A DNA stretch of 49,113 nt from Syntrophaceae bacterium (GCA_003142295.1 PLLV01000090.1:6458-55570), one strand, 5' to 3'. Counted from the first letter of the stretch, positions 1-9,764 are shown. Notes: a model not told the origin generated them from the letters alone. Numbers and translations are program-made.

Positions 1-230
1 CGGGTTCCGAATGTCCTCCCAATGATATACCCCATCGTTATACCCAAAGACGTGCCTGTGAAGCAAACTGCAAAGGCATAGAGATAGTTTAATTTTTCCT
101 CATAAACTAAAAAGCCTACAAATGCAATCAATGTCTCATCAGGGACGGGAAAACCGAGGATTCCCAGTCCCAGAGCGACAAAAATTCCCCAATAAGAATA
201 TTTTGTGATGGTCAACAGAAGGGCATGCAT
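1..230 (-). CDS. DedA family membrane protein (partial, runs off window start; not in ORF track)
   Basis: Manual translation from ATG at 230: MHALLLTITKYSYWGIFVALGLGILGFPVPDETLIAFVGFLVYEEKLNYLYAFAVCFTGTSLGITMGYIIGRTFGT; the GxPxPxE and GYxIGR motifs are typical of DedA/SNARE-associated proteins. Confidence 0.85.
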   Translation of the reverse strand, partial: MHALLLTITKYSYWGIFVALGLGILGFPVPDETLIAFVGFLVYEEKLNYLYAFAVCFTGTSLGITMGYIIGRTFGT

Positions 231-420
231 TTATGACCCACGGGCTCTGTGTTAAGAGTTCTTTTGGCAGTATTATAGAATAAATGCTTTCAAAAATGCG
301 AGCTGAAATATCGTAGCAGAATCCGGAAAGGGACAAGATGCTTAGAGGAGAACTCAGTACCTCTGTTGAGACTGCATGTCTATAAGGTTCAATTTGAGGC
401 AGTTATCGGCACTGCTTCTT

Positions 421-458
421 AAAAACAAGAAAGGGCGGGAACTTCATCCCACCCTTTC
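421..458 (-). terminator. Rho-independent terminator downstream of hup
   Basis: Stem gaaagggcggga / tcccaccctttc followed by a U-rich tract (ttgttttt) on the minus strand. Confidence 0.7.
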
Positions 459-513
459 CTGTCAAATAGTCTATAACCAAAAATATTGAACGTATTTTTA
501 TAATGTCTGAATG

Positions 514-783
514 TTACTTAACGGCATCTTTTAATGCCTTACCGGCAGCGAACTTGGGGACCTTTTTGGCCGCAATCTTGATCGGTTTGCCGGTCTGGGG
601 ATTTCTTCCTGTTCTGGCGGATCTTTTCGCGACTGAGAAAGTTCCAAAACCGACCAGCGTTACCTTGTCTCCTTTTTTCAGGGCTTTCTTGATTGCATCA
701 AGGACGGAATTAACGGCGCTTACTGCCTCGACCTTGCTGCAGGTGCTCTTTGCAACCTCGTTGATCAGATCTTCTTTATTCAT
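514..783 (-). CDS. hup: DNA-binding protein HU
   Basis: MNKEDLI...[25 protein letters not shown]...[13 protein letters not shown] signature; SD AGGAGG upstream. Confidence 0.97.
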   Translation of the reverse strand: MNKEDLINEVAKSTCSKVEAVSAVNSVLDAIKKALKKGDKVTLVGFGTFSVAKRSARTGRNPQTGKPIKIAAKKVPKFAAGKALKDAVK

Positions 784-1102
784 AGCATCCTCCTCCTTCC
801 TTTCTTTCTTCTATTGGTCTCGGTCCGCCAAAGGCGGAAACATCAGCCCCTCTGTGTCAATGCATCCTTATAGATTCTGAGCTTCAAAAAAGCAACATTA
901 AAATAATGTTATTTTAACTTTATTTTGAATCGGTGACAATAGACACAAAGCGGTTTTCCAGCCTGAAAATTAACCGCGCACACTTATACTGCATGGATCA
1001 CTCTCTATGGTCAGAAGAGACAGGAAGTCTTGCGTTTCGGCCTCAGTTGTGAGTAACTGTTTGTATTGATCAGCGACGTATCTGGTGATGACAGAATAGT
1101 GA

Positions 1103-1645
1103 TTATGTAACATGCTGATTTTGCTTTAAAAAATAGGTTTGCGTAGGATATATCAAATGACGCCTGCTGGATGATGCCTTGCGTGTTGTGCATTTGCTGC
1201 GGTCCAGATTCCGCAAACCGATTGAATCGAAAAGCCAGATTCGCTTGCTCGAGATCTTACGAACAATCGTCCAGTGGTCATGCAGACCACCCAAGCTGAA
1301 AAGAATGGCTCTCTTTCCCCCGTTTGCACGTTTCTCGTGAAGAAACCTTGTCATTTCTGTCCAGAACTCACTGATCCCCACATCTGTCTGCTTTTGGAAA
1401 GGAATTGCTCGGTTTATTTTTTCTCCGATAATATCCTTGAATATGCTCCCCATGACCGTTATGCTGATCCCCTGCGCCAGCGTTACAGCCAGACTCTTAT
1501 TCTCTTCAAGGTAGCTGATAATCTGTGTGAACAGTTCCTGCGATTCCTCGTTATTAAGTCCCCTGATGACGCGCATGGCATTTACAATACTGTATATGCC
1601 GCAAAGCGAATCGAGAGCTCCCTGTTCATAAGGTTTAAGTTTCAT
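1103..1645 (-). CDS. Hypothetical protein with a papain-fold (Josephin/C39-like) cysteine protease motif set
   Basis: EQGALDSLCGIYSIVN (Q8, C15), HWTIVRK (H124), WLFDS (D140); GGAG SD upstream. Confidence 0.65.
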   Translation of the reverse strand: MKLKPYEQGALDSLCGIYSIVNAMRVIRGLNNEESQELFTQIISYLEENKSLAVTLAQGISITVMGSIFKDIIGEKINRAIPFQKQTDVGISEFWTEMTRFLHEKRANGGKRAILFSLGGLHDHWTIVRKISSKRIWLFDSIGLRNLDRSKCTTRKASSSRRHLIYPTQTYFLKQNQHVT

Positions 1646-2008
1646 CGGTCACTCCTGGGAGGGTTGCTAAAAGAATTCTCCAATGCGGGATAATATACGA
1701 TGGTATTCTTTCACATTGCTCCGCACTTGAAAAGAAATCTTTTAGATTTTTTTGAAGGGTGATTATTGTCTGATAATTGTTGTATAATTACAATGATATG
1801 CAACAGGAAGATGGCTGCAAGTTATGTGGGGAATGTACCCTGTTCCTGAGGAAACCTGACGAAGTCCCGGTCTGAAAACCCGCAGATGGCCGGCATGCGG
1901 AAAGATAGTCTTATGGATTGGATCTTATAAAAAATGCAAAATGCGGGACTGAGTTCATTCGGTCCGTATCGTCTGCAGTTTACAGGCAGGCTCCTTCTTT
2001 GAAATATT

Positions 2009-4150
2009 TCATTGAACATGGAATTTAAACAGATCCATATTATACCTGGCTAAGTGGTATCTAATATTTTCGACTAATGGCGCCAGTATATTTATATAAT
2101 CGTCGGTCCATGATGCACTTCCGTTCAAGCCGTCATCATTTCCCAGCCTCACCCAACCGCGGTTCACCAATGGTTGGAGGCGTGCGGGGTTCCTTGCAAG
2201 GGCGACACACCAGGAGGCATTCTGGTAATATTTCAGCTTGTCTCTTGTTGCCGGTACATTTATGGCGCCATACAGGTTCAGCCCCGCAGATGTGGATTTG
2301 ATCACGGGTCTGAGTTCATAGTAGCGGTTAGAGACGTGAAAGAGGATCACCCCATCTTCCGCCAGCCTACTGAGGTATATTTCCATGGCTTCCCGTGTCA
2401 GCAGGTGGGTCGGGATACCATCACCGGTAAAAGCATCCATGTGGATTATGTCATAATCATGACCGGCGCTTTCTGACTTTTGCATTGAGAGGCGGCCGTC
2501 ACCGACAATAACGCGAACTTTGACCTTGCAGTCATCAAGATACGTAAACCACTGCCGGGCGATCTTTTCATTTTCAGGGTCTATTTCATAATAGGTGATG
2601 CGGTCGGCCTTTTTTGCGTACGCGGCGACGGCGCCCGAACCGAGCCCCAGTACAGCGATTCTCCTCGGGGTGTTAGTTGTTTGATAGACGTCGGCAATTC
2701 CTCCCCCCAGATAGAAGTAAGAAATCGGTGTCTGCCGCATGTCCGGATCGAGCAGCTGGGCTCCGTGCAGAGTCCTGCCATGAAGCAGTTTTCTCAGCCC
2801 TCCCGGTAGTCCTTCGACGGACGGCTCGTCCTTAATGCGGTACGTTCCGTAAAAATTCCGATGGCGGAATTTAATTGGCTCTTGCCATGATGCCCAAGAC
2901 TCCATGCAGATGACCGTGAGCATAATGACCATGATCAGGATACGGCTGCCAGCGGCCAGTATGGGAGTGCCGGGCCTGTAGGGGACAAAGGACTTGTCAC
3001 AGCACCACCAGAAGGAACAACCTAATAATAGGAGCAAGATAGGATACTCAAACAGTCCCTTAAACATATAAGGGGCGATTAGACTGACGAGGACGCCGCC
3101 TATCCAGCCCCCCAAGGCGATAGTGAGATAGAAATTGGTCAGAAGGCCGGGGCGCGGTCGACACTCGTAGAGCGTGCCGTGGGCAACCAAACAAATCATA
3201 AAGAAGACAGACAGATGTCCGATGATGGCAAGCCAATGTGAAGGCCCCCACAGATAAAGTATGAATGTGATGAGCAGGATTTCCGGCCATAATATTTTCA
3301 GAAACCGGGGGACGCCACCCCTGTTCGAGAAGGTTACGATGAAGCTGCCTAAGTAAAGGGCTAAAGGCATGACCCAGGTCAATGGGAAAGAGCCAACTTC
3401 CAGAGCAATGAAATTAGTTACGGCCAGAAGGAATGCAGAAGGGAGGCTGCTCAGCAGCAGCCACCTGGCATAGGTTAAAGACGTAACCTTGTCCTGTTCA
3501 ATTTCGCTCCCGACTTCTGAAGTCTGAATATTTCGCCCTTTATCCGGGCGGAGTTGAAACCAGGCCGCCACGCAAATTATCGCATAAACAATATACGTTC
3601 CCGTCCAGGAAAGGCTCTGTATTCTTAGACCCACCAGAGGTTCGGCTATGAACGTGTAACCCATTAATGCAATAAGAGACCCTGCATTTGAAGCCGCATA
3701 CAGCGGATATGGCTCACGGTGCTCTCCGAGCGAAGATCGATAGAGCCATAACTGGGCGACGACCGCCGTTGTCGAAAGGACAATGAAGGGCAGTGCCACA
3801 TGCATAAACAATATGCCGAGAATGTTGAGGAGTGGCGCGTGGGCATCGGGTTGGGCATTGATATTCAATGGCAGATTTATCAGGGGAAGGGCAAGCAGAA
3901 GCAAATGCCAGCCCCCCATTTTTTTTGCACAGAGATGCGCATACAGATACCCGATGAGGAGCATGGCTTGATAGAACATGAGGCACGTAAGCCAGACATG
4001 GGCCGCACCCCCGAAATAAGGTGTCAGCAGTCGACCTACAAGGGGCTCCATCCCGAAAAGGAGAAGGGCGCCGGAAAAAACCATACTCGTAAGTACTTTC
4101 ATAGCCAGTCTCTGGCCCTTTGCGCCCGCTGTTGCGCTGATTTTTTCCAT
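2009..4150 (-). CDS. Fused multi-pass membrane / spermidine synthase-like SAM-dependent transferase
   Basis: About a dozen hydrophobic helices, then RNFYG, LHGRTLHGAQ, VLGLGSG, YEIDP, GDGR, DIIHMDAFTGDGIPTHLLTREA, WTDDY. Confidence 0.9.
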   Translation of the reverse strand: MEKISATAGAKGQRLAMKVLTSMVFSGALLLFGMEPLVGRLLTPYFGGAAHVWLTCLMFYQAMLLIGYLYAHLCAKKMGGWHLLLLALPLINLPLNINAQPDAHAPLLNILGILFMHVALPFIVLSTTAVVAQLWLYRSSLGEHREPYPLYAASNAGSLIALMGYTFIAEPLVGLRIQSLSWTGTYIVYAIICVAAWFQLRPDKGRNIQTSEVGSEIEQDKVTSLTYARWLLLSSLPSAFLLAVTNFIALEVGSFPLTWVMPLALYLGSFIVTFSNRGGVPRFLKILWPEILLITFILYLWGPSHWLAIIGHLSVFFMICLVAHGTLYECRPRPGLLTNFYLTIALGGWIGGVLVSLIAPYMFKGLFEYPILLLLLGCSFWWCCDKSFVPYRPGTPILAAGSRILIMVIMLTVICMESWASWQEPIKFRHRNFYGTYRIKDEPSVEGLPGGLRKLLHGRTLHGAQLLDPDMRQTPISYFYLGGGIADVYQTTNTPRRIAVLGLGSGAVAAYAKKADRITYYEIDPENEKIARQWFTYLDDCKVKVRVIVGDGRLSMQKSESAGHDYDIIHMDAFTGDGIPTHLLTREAMEIYLSRLAEDGVILFHVSNRYYELRPVIKSTSAGLNLYGAINVPATRDKLKYYQNASWCVALARNPARLQPLVNRGWVRLGNDDGLNGSASWTDDYINILAPLVENIRYHLARYNMDLFKFHVQ

Positions 4151-4330
4151 TAATAAACCTGAACACCTGGCGTTACTGGCGGCTCTATTATCACATTAGA
4201 TAGGGAACGGCTATTAAAAATCATTGCATCGGCATTGTGCATTAAATCTTTCTAAAACGTCCTCTTGAGATAAATGAAGACATAGGGTAATATGCCCACG
4301 CTTTGTCATAAAATGCAGGAGGACAACTTC

Positions 4331-5698
4331 ATGGATTTTCCGAATCTTAAGAAACAGGATCCCGAGATTTACAAGCTGGTCAAGAAGGAGGAAGAGAAGC
4401 AGCAGTACAAACTGTCAATGATCCCATCGGAGAATTTTTCCAGTCCCGCAGTGCGGGAGGCCTTATCATCAGTATTTGTGCATAAATATGCCGAGGGATA
4501 TCCTCATAAGAGGTATTATGAAGGAAACCAGTTCGTGGACAATCTTGAGGAACTTTGCCAGCAGAGGGCACGGCAGGCCTTCTCTCTCCCTGATGACTGG
4601 CATGTGAATGTGCAGCCACTTGCGGGAGGTAATTCGAATCTGGCCGTTTATAACGGGCTTCTGGAGCCGGGCGATACTATCTTGAGCATGTATCTGCCGG
4701 ATGGCGGGCACTTGTCGCATGGCTGGTCATTTCCCGAAAAGGATGAGCAGGGATTGGAAGGGCAGGTTGAGCAGGCCATATATCTGGGCGGCAAGAGAAA
4801 AATCAGCATCGTTTCAAAAATTTTTAAAGTGGTGCAGTACAAAGTTGAACCCGATTCACGGCTCTTTGATTATAAGAAGATCATGGCTATTGCCAAGGAG
4901 TACCGCCCGAAGATGATCATCTCAGGGGGTACCGCATATCCGCGCGAAATCAATTATGACGCCCTTCACTCTATTGCGAAGGAAGTAGGCGCCTATTATC
5001 TTGCGGATATTGCCCATGAGGCCGGCCTCGTTGCGGCGGGCGCCAATAAATCACCCATAGGGAAAGCGGATGTTATCACTTTTACAACGCATAAGACCAT
5101 CCGCGGGCCAAGGGGTGCCGTTATCTTATGCAGAGGCGACTTGGCAGATAGAATAGATTTCGGCGTTTTTCCGGGCTTGCAGGGTGGCCCTTTCGAACAC
5201 ACAATCGCTTCCCTTGCGGTTTGTCTGAAAGAGGCGTGTACGCCGGCGTTTAAAAAATATGCCTTTCAGGTGGTAAAGAATGCTCAGAGGCTGGCTCAAA
5301 GGTTCATAGAGAGAGGCTACGATGTTGTTTCCGGCGGAACTGATAAACATCTGTTGCTCATTGATATGAGAAGCAAGAAACTATCGGGTCGCAATCCTGC
5401 CAAAGCCCTTGACCAGGCGGGTATCATCATGAACCGCAATTCCGTCCCCAATGAAACCGGATCGCCAATGAACCCGTCAGGACTGCGCATGGGCACGCCA
5501 ACCATCACTACACGCGGCATGAAGGAAAAGGAGATGGATAAGATTGCCGAGTGGGTTGATTATGTCATTAAAGTTGTCGCACCTGACTGTGATCTGAAGC
5601 CTGCTGAATTTGAAGAGAAAATCAAAAAAATGCCTGAGCTTCGGAAAATCGCCGCGGAAGTGAAATCCCTCTGCCAGAAGTACCCTCTTAATATTTGA
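4331..5698 (+). CDS. glyA: Serine hydroxymethyltransferase (divergent, with insertion)
   Basis: IPSENF, KYAEGYP.KRYY, GGHLSHG, TTHKTIRGPRG (PLP Lys), VSGGTDKHL, SGLRMGTP; AGGAGG SD before ATG 4331. Confidence 0.95.
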   Translation: MDFPNLKKQDPEIYKLVKKEEEKQQYKLSMIPSENFSSPAVREALSSVFVHKYAEGYPHKRYYEGNQFVDNLEELCQQRARQAFSLPDDWHVNVQPLAGGNSNLAVYNGLLEPGDTILSMYLPDGGHLSHGWSFPEKDEQGLEGQVEQAIYLGGKRKISIVSKIFKVVQYKVEPDSRLFDYKKIMAIAKEYRPKMIISGGTAYPREINYDALHSIAKEVGAYYLADIAHEAGLVAAGANKSPIGKADVITFTTHKTIRGPRGAVILCRGDLADRIDFGVFPGLQGGPFEHTIASLAVCLKEACTPAFKKYAFQVVKNAQRLAQRFIERGYDVVSGGTDKHLLLIDMRSKKLSGRNPAKALDQAGIIMNRNSVPNETGSPMNPSGLRMGTPTITTRGMKEKEMDKIAEWVDYVIKVVAPDCDLKPAEFEEKIKKMPELRKIAAEVKSLCQKYPLNI

Positions 5699-5721
5699 CC
5701 AGGCATAATCCTGCCAATTTT

Positions 5722-5758
5722 CGTGAAGCTCCCCGCCAGCGGGACGGGGAGCTTCGCG
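5722..5758. terminator. GC-rich hairpin between convergent genes (bidirectional terminator or REP-like palindrome)
   Basis: cgtgaagctccccg / cggggagcttcgcg inverted repeat; no clear U tract. Confidence 0.5.
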
Positions 5759-5932
5759 GCCGGGAAAATATCATTAAATTGCATACCTTCACCTGGCCTT
5801 CAGGAGGGCCTGACAGGGTGTGCTGCCTGTCGAGGGTCGACACCTGCAGAGCAACATTTCCTGATGAGCAGGTGTCATCTGTATAACAAAACATGCCCGG
5901 AACAGAATGCAAAATAGAGAAGCGGAATTTTT

Positions 5933-6244
5933 TCACTCTCTATTATGTATAAGACCCATCGTAGCAAGTAGGAGAATGGCGAAACCGAACGCTATGTAGA
6001 GCAAAGTAATGCGATTGAGCTGTAATTCTCCTTTTTCTGTGAATAGTATAACGTTCGAGAGGTAGCTCCAGTAAATTAGAAAGCTGTAGTTGAGAAGCAA
6101 CGCCATCCTGGTGTAACCGAAAATCAATACAAGTGTAGTGAGGGACAGAAGGACGAGGATATGAGAAAGTGGTACCGATAATTGTGTTGACATTAATGGT
6201 TCCATGTTATTTTCCTCTTTTGTCAGATATGCTTGCTCTTTCAC
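5933..6244 (-). CDS. Small hypothetical membrane protein (about 3 TM)
   Basis: Hydrophobic segments throughout; the start may be at the downstream MEPL after GAGGA. Confidence 0.7.
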   Translation of the reverse strand: MKEQAYLTKEENNMEPLMSTQLSVPLSHILVLLSLTTLVLIFGYTRMALLLNYSFLIYWSYLSNVILFTEKGELQLNRITLLYIAFGFAILLLATMGLIHNRE

Positions 6245-6628
6245 CCTTGATTCGCAGCCTATTCATTTTTTTTACAAGCCCTTTTGGATTATAATCTAAG
6301 TAACAATATAAAAAGAAGCTGTGACAATAATCACACGTATAATCAATTTATATAGAGTCAGGGTCTGATGATTTGGTCTGAATCTAAGAATCTGTTCAAT
6401 TTTTTAATGCGTTAGAACTGTTACGGTAAGGTTTGGCAGGTATCTTGAATTGCTCTTATGCCGAATTGATAGCATAACTCCCCGCAGATTCGGCAGGTGC
6501 ATCCACTTTGTCTATCCTTTGAAAAGTAAAACATTGCGAATTTACACATGACTTTTTATGAGGTCGCAATATGCGAAGATGTGTTTATGGACGCTGTATG
6601 TGATAGTCTAAGGTAGGTGTTGGTCTTA

Positions 6629-6955
6629 TTACCGTCTGCCGCGACTGCCTCTAAATCCTCCGCCGGAATCCGACTGGTATGGTCTTGCTCTTCCTTTATC
6701 CCTTTCTTTTTTCGGTCTGGCTTCACTGACGACGATTGTATTTCCGTCGAGCTGGCCGCCATTGAATTTTTCAATTGCCTCTTTTGCTTCCTCTTCGGAG
6801 GCCATCTCGACAAATCCGAATCCTTTGGATAGTCCCGTTAGCCTGTCCTTTATGATATTTACCGACATGACTTTACCCGCTCCGGCAAAGTTTGACCTCA
6901 GATCATCCTCAGTAACCTTGCTGGACAGATTCCCGATGTATAATTTTTTATTCAT
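6629..6955 (-). CDS. RRM-domain RNA-binding protein with RG-rich tail
   Basis: RNP2 KLYIGNL, RNP1 KGFGFVEM, VSEARP, C-terminal GGGFRGSRGRR. Confidence 0.95.
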   Translation of the reverse strand: MNKKLYIGNLSSKVTEDDLRSNFAGAGKVMSVNIIKDRLTGLSKGFGFVEMASEEEAKEAIEKFNGGQLDGNTIVVSEARPKKERDKGRARPYQSDSGGGFRGSRGRR

Positions 6956-6995
6956 GTTTCGTCTCCTTTACGGTTACCGCACAAAAGACCTGAAG

Positions 6996-7045
6996 ACAGA
7001 AAGAGGCACCCCGGTTCAGGTATTTACAGGGGTGCCTCTTTCTGT
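6996..7045 (-). terminator. Long hairpin terminator after the cold-shock gene
   Basis: 17-bp perfect inverted repeat acagaaagaggcacccc / ggggtgcctctttctgt. Confidence 0.7.
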
Positions 7046-7055
7046 AAAGAACCTC

Positions 7056-7265
7056 TTATACAGTCTTCACATTAACAGCAGACGGACCTTTTGGACTCTG
7101 CTGGACGTCAAATTGGACGCGCTGGCCCTCAGATAACGTCCTAAAACCGCTGTCTTGAATGGCGCTGAAATGAACAAATACATCGCCGCCTTCATCATTA
7201 GCAATGAATCCGAATCCCTTCTTCTCATTAAACCACTTAACGACTCCTTCTGACATTGTTTTCAT
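7056..7265 (-). CDS. Cold-shock protein (CspA family)
   Basis: [41 protein letters not shown]. Confidence 0.97.
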   Translation of the reverse strand: MKTMSEGVVKWFNEKKGFGFIANDEGGDVFVHFSAIQDSGFRTLSEGQRVQFDVQQSPKGPSAVNVKTV

Positions 7266-7555
7266 CCTCCTTTCTTAGATTTTTCAAAAGTTGGATTTCC
7301 ACGTTGACAGAAAGAACAATTCACCATATCCCTTACGAACATGATGGTTTACCTTATACTGCAAAATGCCATTACCCAACTTTTTATGACTTTCTGAACC
7401 GTAAAAATGCTTCTTTCCTCAAGGAGTTGTCTATCTATTATGACCTTTTGTCCAATGTCAAGTCTTTTCTGTAAAATTTTTAGGGACAATTAACCGGTAT
7501 TCATCCGGCTTCTTTTCATCTACCCATCAGAGGAAGAAAAACTTTATCGGGTTGA

Positions 7556-7984
7556 TCAGATAATTCCCAGAAGCTGGATTTCGAAAATCAAATCCTTCCC
7601 CGCCAGTGGATGGTTACCATCGAATGTAACGCTCGTATCAGATACGCCAGTTACAGTAACTTCGATAACTTGTCCGTCATCCCGGCGGAATTGCAGCAGT
7701 TGACCGACACTTGGCTGAAAGTCTTTAGGAAGCTGATCCCGCTGAAAGACAACCACCATTTCTTCAAGGTGCGATCCGTAGGCCTTGTCGGTCGTGATTC
7801 TGGAGGTCTTCGTTTCTCCCACCTGCATTCCGATAACGGCATCTTCAAAGCCGGGAATGACTTGCCCTCCACCGCTTTTGAATTCCAGAGGATCACAATC
7901 CAGGGAGGAATCGAAGACTGAGCCGTCATCAAATGATCCTTTATAATGAACCTTCACATTGTCGCCTCTGCCTGCCTTTTTCAT
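7556..7984 (-). CDS. FKBP-type peptidyl-prolyl isomerase (SlyD/FkpB type, no His-rich tail)
   Basis: VKVHYKG, FDSS, GQVIPGFEDA, AYG, DGNHPLAGKDLIFEI. Confidence 0.93.
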   Translation of the reverse strand: MKKAGRGDNVKVHYKGSFDDGSVFDSSLDCDPLEFKSGGGQVIPGFEDAVIGMQVGETKTSRITTDKAYGSHLEEMVVVFQRDQLPKDFQPSVGQLLQFRRDDGQVIEVTVTGVSDTSVTFDGNHPLAGKDLIFEIQLLGII

Positions 7985-8155
7985 TCGTCAATTCCTTTCC
8001 TTATTTGAGTAACCCCTTCGGTCAGAGAAAAATAGAGGGCGTCCCCGCTCCAGGCATTAGACCGTGTGATGCAGGGGAGCGCTGCATATCTGATGCAAGG
8101 TGTCCTACCTGCAGCTCCGCTTTTCAGACGGTGATGAAATATCTCGGGGCACGTA

Positions 8156-9076
8156 CTACTTGATGCTGCCGTCCTGTCTCATTCTGGAAATGATCTGGTT
8201 AATATTGGGCAGGGCACTTAGTGTTGCCTTCTCTCCCTCGAGGATGGCTTCATGTCTCTTAGAAAAATCGGCCGCTCCTATGTGGCCCACATTGGGTCTT
8301 ATCACGACATCTGCCCTGCCCAGTTGTATCTGAGATATCTTGGCATGCATGATGTCGATTGATTGCAATATCGTTTCTATGGTGCTACTGGGGGGTGAAT
8401 TTGCAGGACTCGAGGATATATCGACGGCTATGACGACATCAGCGCCGTATCTTCTGGCTGCATCAATGGCCAGGGGGCTTACGACGCCTCCGTCCACATA
8501 TGTCCCGTCTGAAAGTTTCACGGGCTTGAATATGCCGGGAATCGAACAGCTTGCCCGCACTGCAGTTCCCGTGTTGCCCGTACCGAAAACGACTTCTTCA
8601 CCGGTCTGTATATTCGTGGCGACTGCATAAAAAGGGATCTGCAGCTTTTCAATGGGGGTGTCCCTTAATACCCAGTTCACATAATTTTCCAGTTTTTCGC
8701 CCTTGACGAATCCATTGTCTGGGATCGTCAGGTCTACAACATCGTCCCTCTGGATAGAGAAAGCCATGGTTTGAAGTGTATAGGCATCAATTCCATATGC
8801 GTACAGGCTTCCTACAAAACTCCCGGCGCTCGTGCCGACTATCATGTGGATAGGGATTTTGTTGGATTCGAGGATCTTCAGTACGCCGATATGCGCAAAT
8901 CCCCTTGACGCCCCTGCACCGAGGACCAAGGCTATCTTGGCGGGCTTAGGCGGAGGCAGGAGGGGAGGCGGCTTGGGAACACATGCAAGGGTAGTGAGGA
9001 TGCAGGCTATGATAACTATAGATAAGCCGGTATACTTAATTCTCTTCAAAGAGTCCTGATAAGACATCTTCAGCAT
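8156..9076 (-). CDS. Patatin-like phospholipase, probable lipoprotein
   Basis: LGAGASRGFAHIG, GTSAG nucleophile, DGG motif; TTLAC lipobox-like sequence followed by a Pro-rich linker. Confidence 0.92.
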   Translation of the reverse strand: MLKMSYQDSLKRIKYTGLSIVIIACILTTLACVPKPPPLLPPPKPAKIALVLGAGASRGFAHIGVLKILESNKIPIHMIVGTSAGSFVGSLYAYGIDAYTLQTMAFSIQRDDVVDLTIPDNGFVKGEKLENYVNWVLRDTPIEKLQIPFYAVATNIQTGEEVVFGTGNTGTAVRASCSIPGIFKPVKLSDGTYVDGGVVSPLAIDAARRYGADVVIAVDISSSPANSPPSSTIETILQSIDIMHAKISQIQLGRADVVIRPNVGHIGAADFSKRHEAILEGEKATLSALPNINQIISRMRQDGSIK

Positions 9077-9132
9077 ATATTAAATTTTATGGTCAGAAAG
9101 GCTTGGGGCCAATCTGACCATATCTCGTGCAT

Positions 9133-9585
9133 CTATTTATAGTATCCGCAGGCGATGACCAGGTCACCCACTTTTTCAAAGAAGATTGACTTTTGTTCCA
9201 CTTTCTTGCTCGTGGGATTGGTCCACTTGTAGTCCATGATCCCCTTGCCCTTTGCTTTTGCTTCATCAAGTATGACTTTGATGAATGTTTTCCCGTCAGA
9301 GTCTTTGAGATCAATCAGATTCTGTCCGATCAGCTTGGCATTGGCGCCGTGGGACACGACGACGCCTTTCGGGTCCAGCACGTAGATATACAAGTCTTCT
9401 TTTACAAATTGTCCTTTCTGATCGTCAAATGCCGCAAATGCCTTGTCCTTTCCGTTTGCCTTGTAATACTTAACGGCTTTGTCCAACATGCTTTTAGCTT
9501 CTTTTGCCGTGCCTTTGGCCAGTGCAAAAGTAGTCATTCCTGCCAAAAGGCCGACCACCAAAATTACCGTAATCAGTTTTTTCAT
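9133..9585 (-). CDS. Stand-alone secreted single Cache (sCache_2) domain protein
   Basis: Signal peptide MKKLITVILVVGLLAGMTTFALA after AGGAG; DLYIYV, SHG, LIGQN, DSDG, GIMDYKWTNP, CGYY motifs; no cytoplasmic domain. Confidence 0.85.
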   Translation of the reverse strand: MKKLITVILVVGLLAGMTTFALAKGTAKEAKSMLDKAVKYYKANGKDKAFAAFDDQKGQFVKEDLYIYVLDPKGVVVSHGANAKLIGQNLIDLKDSDGKTFIKVILDEAKAKGKGIMDYKWTNPTSKKVEQKSIFFEKVGDLVIACGYYK

Positions 9586-9764
9586 TTTTTCTTCTCCTTT
9601 TTTACTTCTTGAGATTCTCCCACCTTTATCATTTGACGACCTCATAATTCTCGTGATTGACCCATTCACTAATTGAACTTGCCCCCTCCTTTCTCCTGAT
9701 TGCTGCGCATTAATAAATGCAGTTGCAATTACTTGTTCAGAAAACCAGCAGTGTAAGTGATTCC

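Noticed and set aside
1855-1955. Hammerhead-like CTGACGA followed by an agtcccg/cgggact stem
   Set aside because: The stem is followed by GAGT rather than the required GAAA, and I could not build stems I and III.
6421-6549. Cys-rich 42-aa minus-strand ORF (MCKFAMFYFSKDRQSGCTCRICGELC...)
   Set aside because: No SD and no recognisable family; probably chance.
7933-8163. Plus-strand ORF containing RCPTC (zinc-ribbon-like)
   Set aside because: It overlaps real minus-strand genes at both ends and has no SD.
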